Assembly: GCA_965226205.1 (NCBI GenBank)
Contig: CBDDCJ010000023.1
Coordinates: forward strand, 151,901-215,900
DNA from: Opitutales bacterium
GTDB lineage: Bacteria > Verrucomicrobiota > Verrucomicrobiia > Opitutales > UBA2987
Direction: 5' to 3'
Length of the DNA: 64,000 bases
The notes beneath the pieces are model-generated. The model saw only the letters and a program-made list of their open reading frames with translations, ran no database searches and was not told the origin of the DNA. This document shows, one piece after another, positions 54,582 through 63,096 of the stretch. Position 1 is the stretch's first letter. Each line of letters opens with the position of its first letter. Both the position numbers and the translations under genes were made by a program.

Positions 54582-57152
54582 TCAATCCTTTACCGGTTCT
54601 TTAAACATTTCTTCTCCTTTGACCATGATTTTTTCCGCCCGCGATTCAAGCCATTTGCGCTCTGCCATGGACAGGCTCTTGGCCGTAATCACGATGACCG
54701 GGATTTCGGAAAATTTTTCCATGCTTCGAAATTCCTGCAAAAAGGTCAATCCGTCCATGACCGGCATCATGAGGTCCAGAAACACCACATCGGGGGTAAA
54801 GGTTTTGAGAACCTCAAGGGCTTCCTTGCCATTGCCAGCGGTGTGGATTTCATTCAGGTTGTCATCCAGCCAAAGTCTCATCAGCTCCTGGTACTCGACC
54901 AAATCGTCCACGATGAGGATTTTCCGGTTGGTGATTTTATCCGAATTGAGGGTCCGGCGGATGCAGGCGAGGAAATCTTTTTGCACAACCGGTTTGGTCA
55001 GCGCATCAATCGCCCCCAAGGTGACCGCTTTCTGCCGATCGGCCACCATGCTGACGATGACCACCGGCACATCGGCCGTTTCCGGGCTGGCTTTCAATAC
55101 ACCGAGGACTTCCCAACCGTTGCTATCGGGCATCATGATGTCCAATGTGATTAAATCGGGTTTGTGCTCTTTAACCATGGCCGGCACTTTGAGGGGCTCG
55201 CCGCACTCAATCGCAACAGCGCCCAAGTCTTTTACATATTGCACGATAAACTCTCGGGCATCGGGATCGTCGTCCACGACCAGAATGCGCTTTCCCGGGG
55301 CAATGGGTAAAATTTTCTTCAAATCATCCGCGGCGGCCTCCTCTTCCACCCTTTGGACGGTTGCGGCCGGGTCCACCTGGGCAAGCGGCTTTTCACTAAC
55401 AACCGGCTTTTCCACCGTTTTCCTCTCCGGCTTCTTCTCAGTTTTTTCCGGGGGGACGGTTTTACTTTGGTCAGCCACTGGTTCGGAAATTTCAATCAAT
55501 GGCAGATCGACCGTAAAGGTGGAGCCTTTGTTGACTCCCTCGCTGGCCACGGTCAAAGTTCCGCCCAGCAGTTCGATAATGGAGCGCGAAATGGTCAGGC
55601 CCAAACCGGTGCCGCCAAAATCACGCGAGGTGCTGCTATCCTGCTGGCTGAAGGCGCGGAAAATCAGCTCCATGCTGTCGGCCCGTATGCCAACGCCGGT
55701 ATCGATCACCTGCAACCGGATTTTTTTCTTCCTGCCATCCAATCGAGCGGCCGTTAATCGGACCGAGCCTTCCTTCGTAAATTTAATGGCGTTGCCGACC
55801 AGATTGATGATCACCTGTTTCAATTTGTAACCATCGGTCTGCGACCGCAGGGAATCCTCCGAACATTCATAAAGCAGATTCACTTGCTTGGCGTCGGCCT
55901 GGGGTTGGAGCATTTCCACCACATCGCGCAAAAACGGGATCAGGTCGGTATCTTCATTGATGATGTCCATGCGGCCCGATTCGATTTTGGAAAGATCGAG
56001 TATGTCATTGATCAAACTGAGCAGATGCTTGCCGTTTCGATTGATTTTCTCCACCCGGCTCAGTTCGCTCTCACCCAATATGCCCTTGCGGTTTTTCAGC
56101 AATATGCCCGAAAACCCGATAATCGAATTGCGCGGCGTGCGTAATTCGTGGCTCATGTTGGCAACGAATTCGCTCTTGTGCTTATGGGCGGCAAGTAATT
56201 CCTGATTGGCTTCTTCCAGAAGAATGGACTGTTTTTGCACCGACCGGTAGGTGTCGGCATTGAAGAGGGCGTTGCCGAGCGCCTCAACTTGGTTGGAAAG
56301 CACCTGGCGGGTGTTCGAATCGACCCGGCTGATACCCGCCAATATAATAACTCCTAAAAATTTCTTCTGAAATTGTATCGGTATGCCGTAGAAATTTCTG
56401 ATTTTCGCTTTTGCGAAACCTAGATTGAGGTCGGGCAGAGCCCCCTCGTCGATGTCTTCCAGGGTGATCCATTGCTTGCGGCGCATTATTTCACCAGGCA
56501 GCCCCTCCATGGCGTTTGCGTCTGTGCCGGTAAAATTTCTGAGGAAAGACTGGTCCAGGCCCCGCTGGCTGATGGTATGGAATTCACCACTCTGCTTGTT
56601 GAAAAGGTAGAAAATGTCCACCTGGCAATTGGAAATCTCGATCACCGAATCGAGGGTCGCATTGGCAATGACATTGATTTCGATCGAGGATATGCGGGAC
56701 AAAAATTCGCCGAATTTTTTCCGTATCCCCACACTGTCGGAAAGTTCCCTGTTTTGTTCTTCCAGGTCCGCCTGCGATTCCTCCAGCTTTTCCTGCGATT
56801 CTTCCAGCTCCTCGATGGTAGCGCCGATTTTGGCCGCCATCAGGTTGGTGGCGTACGAGAGCCGCCCGATATGGTCGCTGCCCTTGACCTTCGATCGAAC
56901 TCCGTAAACTCCCCGGCCAATGGCATTGGCTACCCTCAAGACCTCCCTCAACCGCTGGTTGGTGCGGTGGAACTGGATCAATATCAATAGCATGGTCGAC
57001 ACAATGAGGGTGCCCACGGCCTGCTGCGGGCTGATAACATCACTCGATTCTATGAGTTCCGGACGGGATACAATTACTAGCAAGAATAGCAATATCCCCA
57101 TGGGTAAAACCCATAGGGAAATTCGCGGTATCCATGGAACCCCCCCCTTCAA
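54582..57152 (-). CDS. Hybrid sensor histidine kinase (2TM-HAMP-GAF-HisKA-HATPase-REC-REC)
   Basis: H-box NMSHELRTP, LVGNAIKFT, DTGVGI, GGTGLGL, GSTF; two receivers (LDIMMP, LDLMMP). Confidence 0.92.
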   Translation of the reverse strand: MKGGVPWIPRISLWVLPMGILLFLLVIVSRPELIESSDVISPQQAVGTLIVSTMLLILIQFHRTNQRLREVLRVANAIGRGVYGVRSKVKGSDHIGRLSYATNLMAAKIGATIEELEESQEKLEESQADLEEQNRELSDSVGIRKKFGEFLSRISSIEINVIANATLDSVIEISNCQVDIFYLFNKQSGEFHTISQRGLDQSFLRNFTGTDANAMEGLPGEIMRRKQWITLEDIDEGALPDLNLGFAKAKIRNFYGIPIQFQKKFLGVIILAGISRVDSNTRQVLSNQVEALGNALFNADTYRSVQKQSILLEEANQELLAAHKHKSEFVANMSHELRTPRNSIIGFSGILLKNRKGILGESELSRVEKINRNGKHLLSLINDILDLSKIESGRMDIINEDTDLIPFLRDVVEMLQPQADAKQVNLLYECSEDSLRSQTDGYKLKQVIINLVGNAIKFTKEGSVRLTAARLDGRKKKIRLQVIDTGVGIRADSMELIFRAFSQQDSSTSRDFGGTGLGLTISRSIIELLGGTLTVASEGVNKGSTFTVDLPLIEISEPVADQSKTVPPEKTEKKPERKTVEKPVVSEKPLAQVDPAATVQRVEEEAAADDLKKILPIAPGKRILVVDDDPDAREFIVQYVKDLGAVAIECGEPLKVPAMVKEHKPDLITLDIMMPDSNGWEVLGVLKASPETADVPVVIVSMVADRQKAVTLGAIDALTKPVVQKDFLACIRRTLNSDKITNRKILIVDDLVEYQELMRLWLDDNLNEIHTAGNGKEALEVLKTFTPDVVFLDLMMPVMDGLTFLQEFRSMEKFSEIPVIVITAKSLSMAERKWLESRAEKIMVKGEEMFKEPVKD

Positions 57153-57158
57153 AATCTG

Positions 57159-57533
57159 CTATCCGCCTATTACTCTTAATATTTCCCCTTTCAGGGCCTC
57201 TTCTTCGACAATCGGTTTGCTCACATAACCGTCGAATCCTGAAGCGATGAAACGCCTCTTGTCATCCTTCATGGCATGCGCGGTAAGGGCTATCATGGGA
57301 ACATGCTGGTAAGTTGCCTCATCCTTTATCTTATTCATCAGAGTGACCCCATCCATTCCCGGCAGGCTGATGTCCAGAATAAATATGTCCGGTTTTTCAA
57401 TTTCCGGTTTATAGAGATAAGTAAGCAGCTCGACCGCGCTGGAAAACCGTTTAATATCGTATTCATCGCAGAGCATGTCCACCACCAGTTCTGCGTTGTC
57501 GGGATTGTCCTCCACCAGGTATATTTTTTTCAT
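57159..57533 (-). CDS. Single-domain response regulator (CheY/DivK-like)
   Basis: LVEDNPDN, ILDISLPGMDG, IALTAHAM, GFDGYVSKP. Confidence 0.92.
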   Translation of the reverse strand: MKKIYLVEDNPDNAELVVDMLCDEYDIKRFSSAVELLTYLYKPEIEKPDIFILDISLPGMDGVTLMNKIKDEATYQHVPMIALTAHAMKDDKRRFIASGFDGYVSKPIVEEEALKGEILRVIGG

Positions 57534-57647
57534 TTATCGATTATTTATTGGATTGCACCCAATGGCCGGAACCGCGGGTCGCGCGAAATTTTTGACCGGA
57601 CTCATTTTGGCAAGCTCATTAACTTAGCAGATGCTCAGTAAATGAAA

Positions 57648-58191
57648 CTCCCCGTAGCAAGCTACGGGGTATCTAAGAAAGAAATTCATGATCACCACAG
57701 CATCAATTGTTGCAACTGCTTCTTCGGTTTGCCCTGTTTTCTTACGTAGGCCTCCACACTGGCCCAATCCCCACGCTCCCCTACCGTTCCAACATAATAC
57801 CCGTCACTCCAAAACTCCCCTCCCCACAGCTTCTCCTTCACCCAAGGTTCGCGCCGAAAGATCTCCCGCGCCGTTATGCTCTTATATTTCTGAACGATTC
57901 GCCCGGGTGCTTCTTTCGGATGCGCTCCACACAGCAAATGCACATGGTCTCCATCCATTCCCAGTGCTTCCATCTCTATTTCATAGCGCTCGGCTATCCC
58001 AACGCTTGTTTCTTTCAGCACCTCTTGCACCCGCCTTTCCAAGAGCATCTTCCGATACTTCACAGGGAACACCATATGGTAGTGGATCTGCCACACGCAA
58101 TGGCTCGCGCGCCTCAAATGCTCCCGTTTCTCTTCGCTCATTCATCTCTGTTATAAAGTTACCGCTCCCCGTAGCAAGCTACGGGGTATCT
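57648..58191 (-). mobile_element. IS200-group element (tnpA only); boundaries approximate
   Basis: Identical 27-bp direct repeats CTCCCCGTAGCAAGCTACGGGGTATCT (57648-57674, 58165-58191), each containing the hairpin CCCCGTAGC-AA-GCTACGGGG. Confidence 0.88.
57692..58141 (-). CDS. tnpA: IS200/IS605 Y1 (HUH) transposase
   Basis: YHMVFPVKYR, HUH DHVHLL, KSITAREIF, LWGGEFWSDGYY, catalytic Y...Q (AYVRKQ). Confidence 0.95.
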   Translation of the reverse strand: MSEEKREHLRRASHCVWQIHYHMVFPVKYRKMLLERRVQEVLKETSVGIAERYEIEMEALGMDGDHVHLLCGAHPKEAPGRIVQKYKSITAREIFRREPWVKEKLWGGEFWSDGYYVGTVGERGDWASVEAYVRKQGKPKKQLQQLMLW

Positions 58192-58262
58192 GAAATTAAA
58201 TGAAAAGACTTTTTATCCATTCCCATGCAATGATCCTTCCGCGCCCCCAGGCGACTCGCCAT

Positions 58263-59267
58263 TCAATCCCCGTCGGATTGGGCAATATATTCGACAAGCA
58301 AGCCGCCTACAACGAGTTGCAGAAAATGATAACAGATCAGCGGGAGTAGGAGAATCCCTAAATCGATGGATCCCGCTCCGCCCTCGTTTGCGGTTTGGGC
58401 GGCAAATATGGAACCGGCTATGGGCACCCCGGCAGCCAAGGACTTTTGGGAACCGCAAAAAAATGCCGCAATCCGGTCCGGCCGGTTAAGCCGGCATAAG
58501 CGGGCCCCAAACCATAAAAACCCTTTCACCAATACCAAAAGGAATAGCGAATAACCCAATACCGTAAGAGCAAAATGCAGGCCTCCCTGTGCCCATACCC
58601 CGCTATTGATGGAATCGCAGGAAACCGCGTAAAAAATAAAATAAACGAGTCCCGCATTAAGTTGCATCAACATCATTCTTCGCTTCGCCGCCATGTTTTT
58701 CAGGCCCGGCCGCAGGATTTTACCTACCGCCAATGGGACCAGCACAAGCAGGGCGATCTTTAAAAATTGGGGGCCCAGAGGAATCTCTTGCACATCTCCC
58801 ACCGTTATGAGTAAAGCCGTCAGCAATGGGACTAAAATCACCGCCAGGACATTGGAAAGGACCGTATCGAAAAGGGCCCCTCCCAAATTGCCGCCCGATA
58901 AGCCGGTAAATATTATGGCCGTTGTAAAAGTCGAGGGAAGGATGGCCAGGAATAAGAACCCGAGCCGAAGTTGTGGGCCCATTATCAAGACCCCGATCGT
59001 GTCCAGGAACATTACCAGCGCCGGTATAAGAACGTAACCAAACGTCTGGATAAAGAGATGCAGCTTCCAGTTCAGAATATCGGCCATCAGATTTTCGGTC
59101 GGCAATTGTATTCCCTGCACCAGGAATATCAGCATGACGGCAAGCTGGATCGTCACTTCGGGATGGAGCGTTCCCCCCACCGCTCCGGCTTCCGGAAAAA
59201 TCACGGCCAGGACCAGTATGACCAAAAAACCTGCCGCAAACACGCGGGTGGATACCTTTTTGTTCAT
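58263..59267 (-). CDS. Bile acid:sodium symporter family (SBF-like) transporter
   Basis: IFLVQG, GFLFLAILPST, GGN..GA, CGSQKSLAAGVP, YHFLQL; about 10 TM helices. Confidence 0.88.
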   Translation of the reverse strand: MNKKVSTRVFAAGFLVILVLAVIFPEAGAVGGTLHPEVTIQLAVMLIFLVQGIQLPTENLMADILNWKLHLFIQTFGYVLIPALVMFLDTIGVLIMGPQLRLGFLFLAILPSTFTTAIIFTGLSGGNLGGALFDTVLSNVLAVILVPLLTALLITVGDVQEIPLGPQFLKIALLVLVPLAVGKILRPGLKNMAAKRRMMLMQLNAGLVYFIFYAVSCDSINSGVWAQGGLHFALTVLGYSLFLLVLVKGFLWFGARLCRLNRPDRIAAFFCGSQKSLAAGVPIAGSIFAAQTANEGGAGSIDLGILLLPLICYHFLQLVVGGLLVEYIAQSDGD

Positions 59268-59286
59268 AGCATCGTGGCGTTAACCT

Positions 59287-60855
59287 TCAATTCCTCAAAC
59301 CCAACCGTTGCAACAGGGTATCGAGAAGCTCTCGCCCCTCGGCTATTTCCTCAAAACGCAACAATCGCAAAATAACCAAATAGACAACAACCGCCAGCGG
59401 GATGATTATGCCTATGACCAGGAGCCCTTCTATTTTTGAGGGCAGCAAGAGCAGCCCGGCCCCTTTATGCAGCATCCAGGTAAATCCACCCATTCCCACC
59501 GTGGCCACAATGATTTTCAATAGGGGCAGGTTGCGGAAACGCTTCTTTTGCAAAACCCCTTTGCGCAGGAACAGAAGATTCATCATTAAAATGCTGTGAA
59601 TAACGATGGCCAGCACATTGGCCAGGGCCAGGCCGGACATTCCTAAAAAACGCATCAAGAACAGGCTGAAACCGATATTCAAAATAAAGTTCAAAAGGGC
59701 CAGGCGCATCGGGGTGCGGGTATTTTTTTGGGCGTGAAAGGCCCGCGTGCAATAGGTCGCAATGCCGTAAAATGGAAGACCGCAAGCATAGATGCTGAGA
59801 ATGGCATTGGCGCTCACAACATCTTCCCGGCCAAAGGCCCCCCAGGCAAAAAATAGCTCCAGGACTGGCTTGCCCACGAGAACCAGGCCAACCGCCGCCG
59901 GAATCGTAATGGCCAATATGAGCCGCATGCCTTGGCCGAAGGTTTCCCCAAACTCCTCCTGCCGGCCAGCCGCGGCATGTCTGGACAGGCTGGGAAAAGT
60001 GACCGTTGTCACGGCAATGGCAAATACCCCCAGGGGCAGCTCGATGAGCCGGTTGGCCAAATAGAGTAAAGCCACCGCGGTTTCATCCACCCACAGGGCC
60101 AACAGGCGGGAAACGGCCACGTTCACCTGGATGACGGCTGCCCCGGCCAATCCAGGCAATAATAGGGACCACAACTCTTTCAGCCGGGACGATCCGTCCA
60201 GTGAAAACCTTGGCTTCCATCCTTTTTTTCGCAAAGCAAAACCGGGAACGGCCATTTGCAGCATGCCCCCCCCCAGCACCCCCAGGCAAAGATAGCCAAC
60301 CAACACAACCGGCGAAAATGCGAACCAGCCCCCAGCAACCAGCAGGGCCGATATAATGGCTAAATTCAACCAGACTTGCGAGAGGGCAACCACCGCAAAC
60401 CGGTTCAATACATTTAGCCCCGCCCCGATCACCGCGGCCAGACAGACGAATATCATGTAGGGCAGCAGAAGGATTCCGAAACCGGCTCCCATTTGCCAGC
60501 GTTCCTCCAATCCGGGTATATAGAAAATAGTCCACAGAAGCAACGATCCGGCAATTACCAGACCCAACAAAACCAGGAAGGTCCTCGACAATACTCGGTT
60601 GAGCAGTTCAAAGGCGGCCGGGCGGCGATCCTTTTCCATCTCGTCGGCCAAAATGGGAACCAGGGCGGATGTCAATGCCCCCTCCCCCAGCAATCGCCGA
60701 AAAAGGTTGGGCAAGGTGAAGGCGAATATGAAAGCCGAACTGATCGATCCGGCCCCCAAAAAGGCAAAGAGCAGAATATCCCGCAAAAGCCCCAAAATGC
60801 GCGACAGCACGGTGGCGATGGCCACGATGGATGTATTTTCCAAAAATTTAGCCAT
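59287..60855 (-). CDS. murJ: Lipid II flippase MurJ/MviN
   Basis: SRILGLLRD, AFTLPNLFRRLLGEGAL, LYLANRLIELPLGVF, RAFHAQKNTRTP. Confidence 0.96.
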   Translation of the reverse strand: MAKFLENTSIVAIATVLSRILGLLRDILLFAFLGAGSISSAFIFAFTLPNLFRRLLGEGALTSALVPILADEMEKDRRPAAFELLNRVLSRTFLVLLGLVIAGSLLLWTIFYIPGLEERWQMGAGFGILLLPYMIFVCLAAVIGAGLNVLNRFAVVALSQVWLNLAIISALLVAGGWFAFSPVVLVGYLCLGVLGGGMLQMAVPGFALRKKGWKPRFSLDGSSRLKELWSLLLPGLAGAAVIQVNVAVSRLLALWVDETAVALLYLANRLIELPLGVFAIAVTTVTFPSLSRHAAAGRQEEFGETFGQGMRLILAITIPAAVGLVLVGKPVLELFFAWGAFGREDVVSANAILSIYACGLPFYGIATYCTRAFHAQKNTRTPMRLALLNFILNIGFSLFLMRFLGMSGLALANVLAIVIHSILMMNLLFLRKGVLQKKRFRNLPLLKIIVATVGMGGFTWMLHKGAGLLLLPSKIEGLLVIGIIIPLAVVVYLVILRLLRFEEIAEGRELLDTLLQRLGLRN

Positions 60856-60868
60856 TTTTAAGACCGCA

Positions 60869-61669
60869 TCAGGTCATTCCGGGGGGATCAAAGCGGCCGT
60901 CCACCGCCGTCCAGCCCCCATCCACATAAAGGACCGTTGCGGTGATATAACTGGCCGCATCGGATGATAAAAATACGGCCGGGGCGGCAATCTCCTCGGG
61001 CCGGGCCCAACGCTTGAAAACGCATTTGGCCGTATAAGCGTCGTTCCAGTCCTTGTTTTTTTTAATCTGTTGAGTCAAAGGCGTGTCCACCACTTCGGGG
61101 GCAATCGCATTTACGCGGACCCCGCTGGGACCCAATTCAGCCGCCGCCGTCCGTACCATCTGGACGATTCCCGCCTTGGTGGCCGCGTAAACCCCTTGTC
61201 CGGGCTCAACCACCAGCCCCCGGATCGATGAAAATAAAAGGATGCTTCCCCCTCCCTGTGCGCCCATAATGGCCCCCGCCGCCTGCAAGACGTGCAGCCC
61301 CCCCTTCAGGTTCAAATCGATGACTTTGTAAAACTCCTCCTCCCTATAGGCGGCCAGCGTTTTTCGAAAATTAACCGTCGGGGTGGATATCACGATGTCG
61401 AGTCGGCCATCGGAACCGCAACTCGCTTTTAGGGCCGCTTGGACAGCAACAAAATCGCGCACATCGAGAGCGGCGGCCTCAGCCCTGCCACCCGCGGACT
61501 GGATTTCCTGGGCCGTCTTTTGAGCCATCTGCAAGTTAATATCCAGGCAGGTCACCGAGGCGCCCTGGGCAGAACAGGCAATGGCCACGGCTTTACCGAT
61601 TCCGGAGCCAGCCCCGATAATGGCCGCAGTTTTGTTTTCCAGACTGAATGGGGAAATGTTTTTTTTCAT
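60869..61669 (-). CDS. SDR family NAD(P)-dependent oxidoreductase
   Basis: GAGSGIG, catalytic S...YAATK, VRVNAIAP, LYVDGG. Confidence 0.9.
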   Translation of the reverse strand: MKKNISPFSLENKTAAIIGAGSGIGKAVAIACSAQGASVTCLDINLQMAQKTAQEIQSAGGRAEAAALDVRDFVAVQAALKASCGSDGRLDIVISTPTVNFRKTLAAYREEEFYKVIDLNLKGGLHVLQAAGAIMGAQGGGSILLFSSIRGLVVEPGQGVYAATKAGIVQMVRTAAAELGPSGVRVNAIAPEVVDTPLTQQIKKNKDWNDAYTAKCVFKRWARPEEIAAPAVFLSSDAASYITATVLYVDGGWTAVDGRFDPPGMT

Positions 61670-61695
61670 AATCAGGTTGTCCTTCCAGATTTATT

Positions 61696-63096
61696 TCATG
61701 ATTCAGCGGAGTTTCGCCAACGCATAATCAAATGAACCAAAAGAAAAACAACTGCGGCCCCGATCAAGCCAATCATGAATGGCCGCAGCAGGCCGAATCC
61801 GACGCCGCCGGTCAATAGATGGGAACCCAGCAGGAATAGAATACCACCGCCGATGGCCGTCAGTGCCTCCGGTGTTCCCGCCCGTTGCAAATAAAGTCCC
61901 GCTATCACCGGAACAAAAAGACAGACGCTCAAAAGCGAATAAAAGATGCCCAAAGACCCGATGACGGAGGGCAGCGCAATAGCCAGGGCCACACCTAGAA
62001 CGCCTCCCGCCATCGCCGCCATTCGGGCCGCCTTGAGTAATTGACGGTCGGTTGCCTCCGGGTTGAGAAACCGTCTATAAAGATCCTGGGAAAGCGAGGT
62101 CGCCAGCATGAAAAGGATGGCGTCGGCGGAGCTGATTTCGGCCGAGAATATGGCCGCCAAAGCCAGACTGCCTACATAAACCGGCAGGGCCTCCTTCAAC
62201 AAAGTAGGCAGCGCAAGCTCATGTCCCTCCAGTTCCGGGTAAAGAACTTTTGCCGCCATACCGAAAAAAACCGGCACGAAGGCAAAAAGCAAAAGAACCA
62301 CTCCCTGGCTGGTTACGGCTATCCGCACCGTCCGCCGGTCCCGTGCCCCATAGATCTTTTGAAGAAGCCCCGGTGATATAATAAAAGCGGGCCCCAACAG
62401 GAGCAAGTAAACCCAGCCAGAGCTTCCATGTCCCCAGAAATTCAGGGCCCCGGGATCGGCCACCGATGCCATTAAGCCGCCGAAACCTCCTATCTCAGAC
62501 AAAATCAGGGGAATGGCCAGGGCGAACCCGACCAGCAGGACGGCCAGTTGAAGAATGTTAATCCAGGCCGAGGCGAGCAACCCACCGGCCGTAAAATAAA
62601 CCGTCATAACCACTCCACCGGCCAGGCATCCGGCATATTTGGGCAAACCGGCCACCACATGGAGCACCCACGCCAGGGCAATCAACTGGCCAGCCAAAAT
62701 AGCCAGCGTGCCGACCCAGAGCAGGGCCGCCACGATTCCCCGTACGGTTTTATTGTAGCGGCGCTCCAGATAATCTCCAACCGTGTATAAATTATTTCGC
62801 GCCGCCACTTCCCACATTTTCGGTCCCACCCACAAGCCGAGCGCGATGGACCCGATTCCGGCCGATCCGACCCACCACCAGGCGCTCAAGCCATCCCTAT
62901 AACCGAGACCGGCGGCGCCCACGGTGGAACCGGCCCCTATGTTGGCCGCCAGCATTGTGGAAAAAATCAGGACCGGCCCTAGTTTTCGGCCCGCCACAAA
63001 AAAAGTCCCGGAAGATTGCACCATCCGCCCGATGCCCAAACCGAGGAGCGTCAGCAAGGCCGCATAGGCCAACAGGAAAACGAGGTGGATATTCAT
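61696..63096 (-). CDS. Sodium:solute symporter (SSF) family protein
   Basis: FFVAGRKLG, ANIGAGSTVG, DYLERRY, GGL.A..W...LQ, AIFSAEISSAD; about 13 TM helices. Confidence 0.92.
   Translation of the reverse strand: MNIHLVFLLAYAALLTLLGLGIGRMVQSSGTFFVAGRKLGPVLIFSTMLAANIGAGSTVGAAGLGYRDGLSAWWWVGSAGIGSIALGLWVGPKMWEVAARNNLYTVGDYLERRYNKTVRGIVAALLWVGTLAILAGQLIALAWVLHVVAGLPKYAGCLAGGVVMTVYFTAGGLLASAWINILQLAVLLVGFALAIPLILSEIGGFGGLMASVADPGALNFWGHGSSGWVYLLLLGPAFIISPGLLQKIYGARDRRTVRIAVTSQGVVLLLFAFVPVFFGMAAKVLYPELEGHELALPTLLKEALPVYVGSLALAAIFSAEISSADAILFMLATSLSQDLYRRFLNPEATDRQLLKAARMAAMAGGVLGVALAIALPSVIGSLGIFYSLLSVCLFVPVIAGLYLQRAGTPEALTAIGGGILFLLGSHLLTGGVGFGLLRPFMIGLIGAAVVFLLVHLIMRWRNSAES

Noticed and set aside
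57688-58203. Possible tnpB or second gene in the IS200 element
   Set aside because: The plus-strand ORFs are antisense to tnpA and lack RuvC or zinc-finger motifs; the element has no room for tnpB.
60869-61669. NAIAPE instead of NAIAPG in the SDR as a further lesion
   Set aside because: A single substitution at a position I cannot show to be invariant in this subfamily; the catalytic and cofactor motifs are intact.
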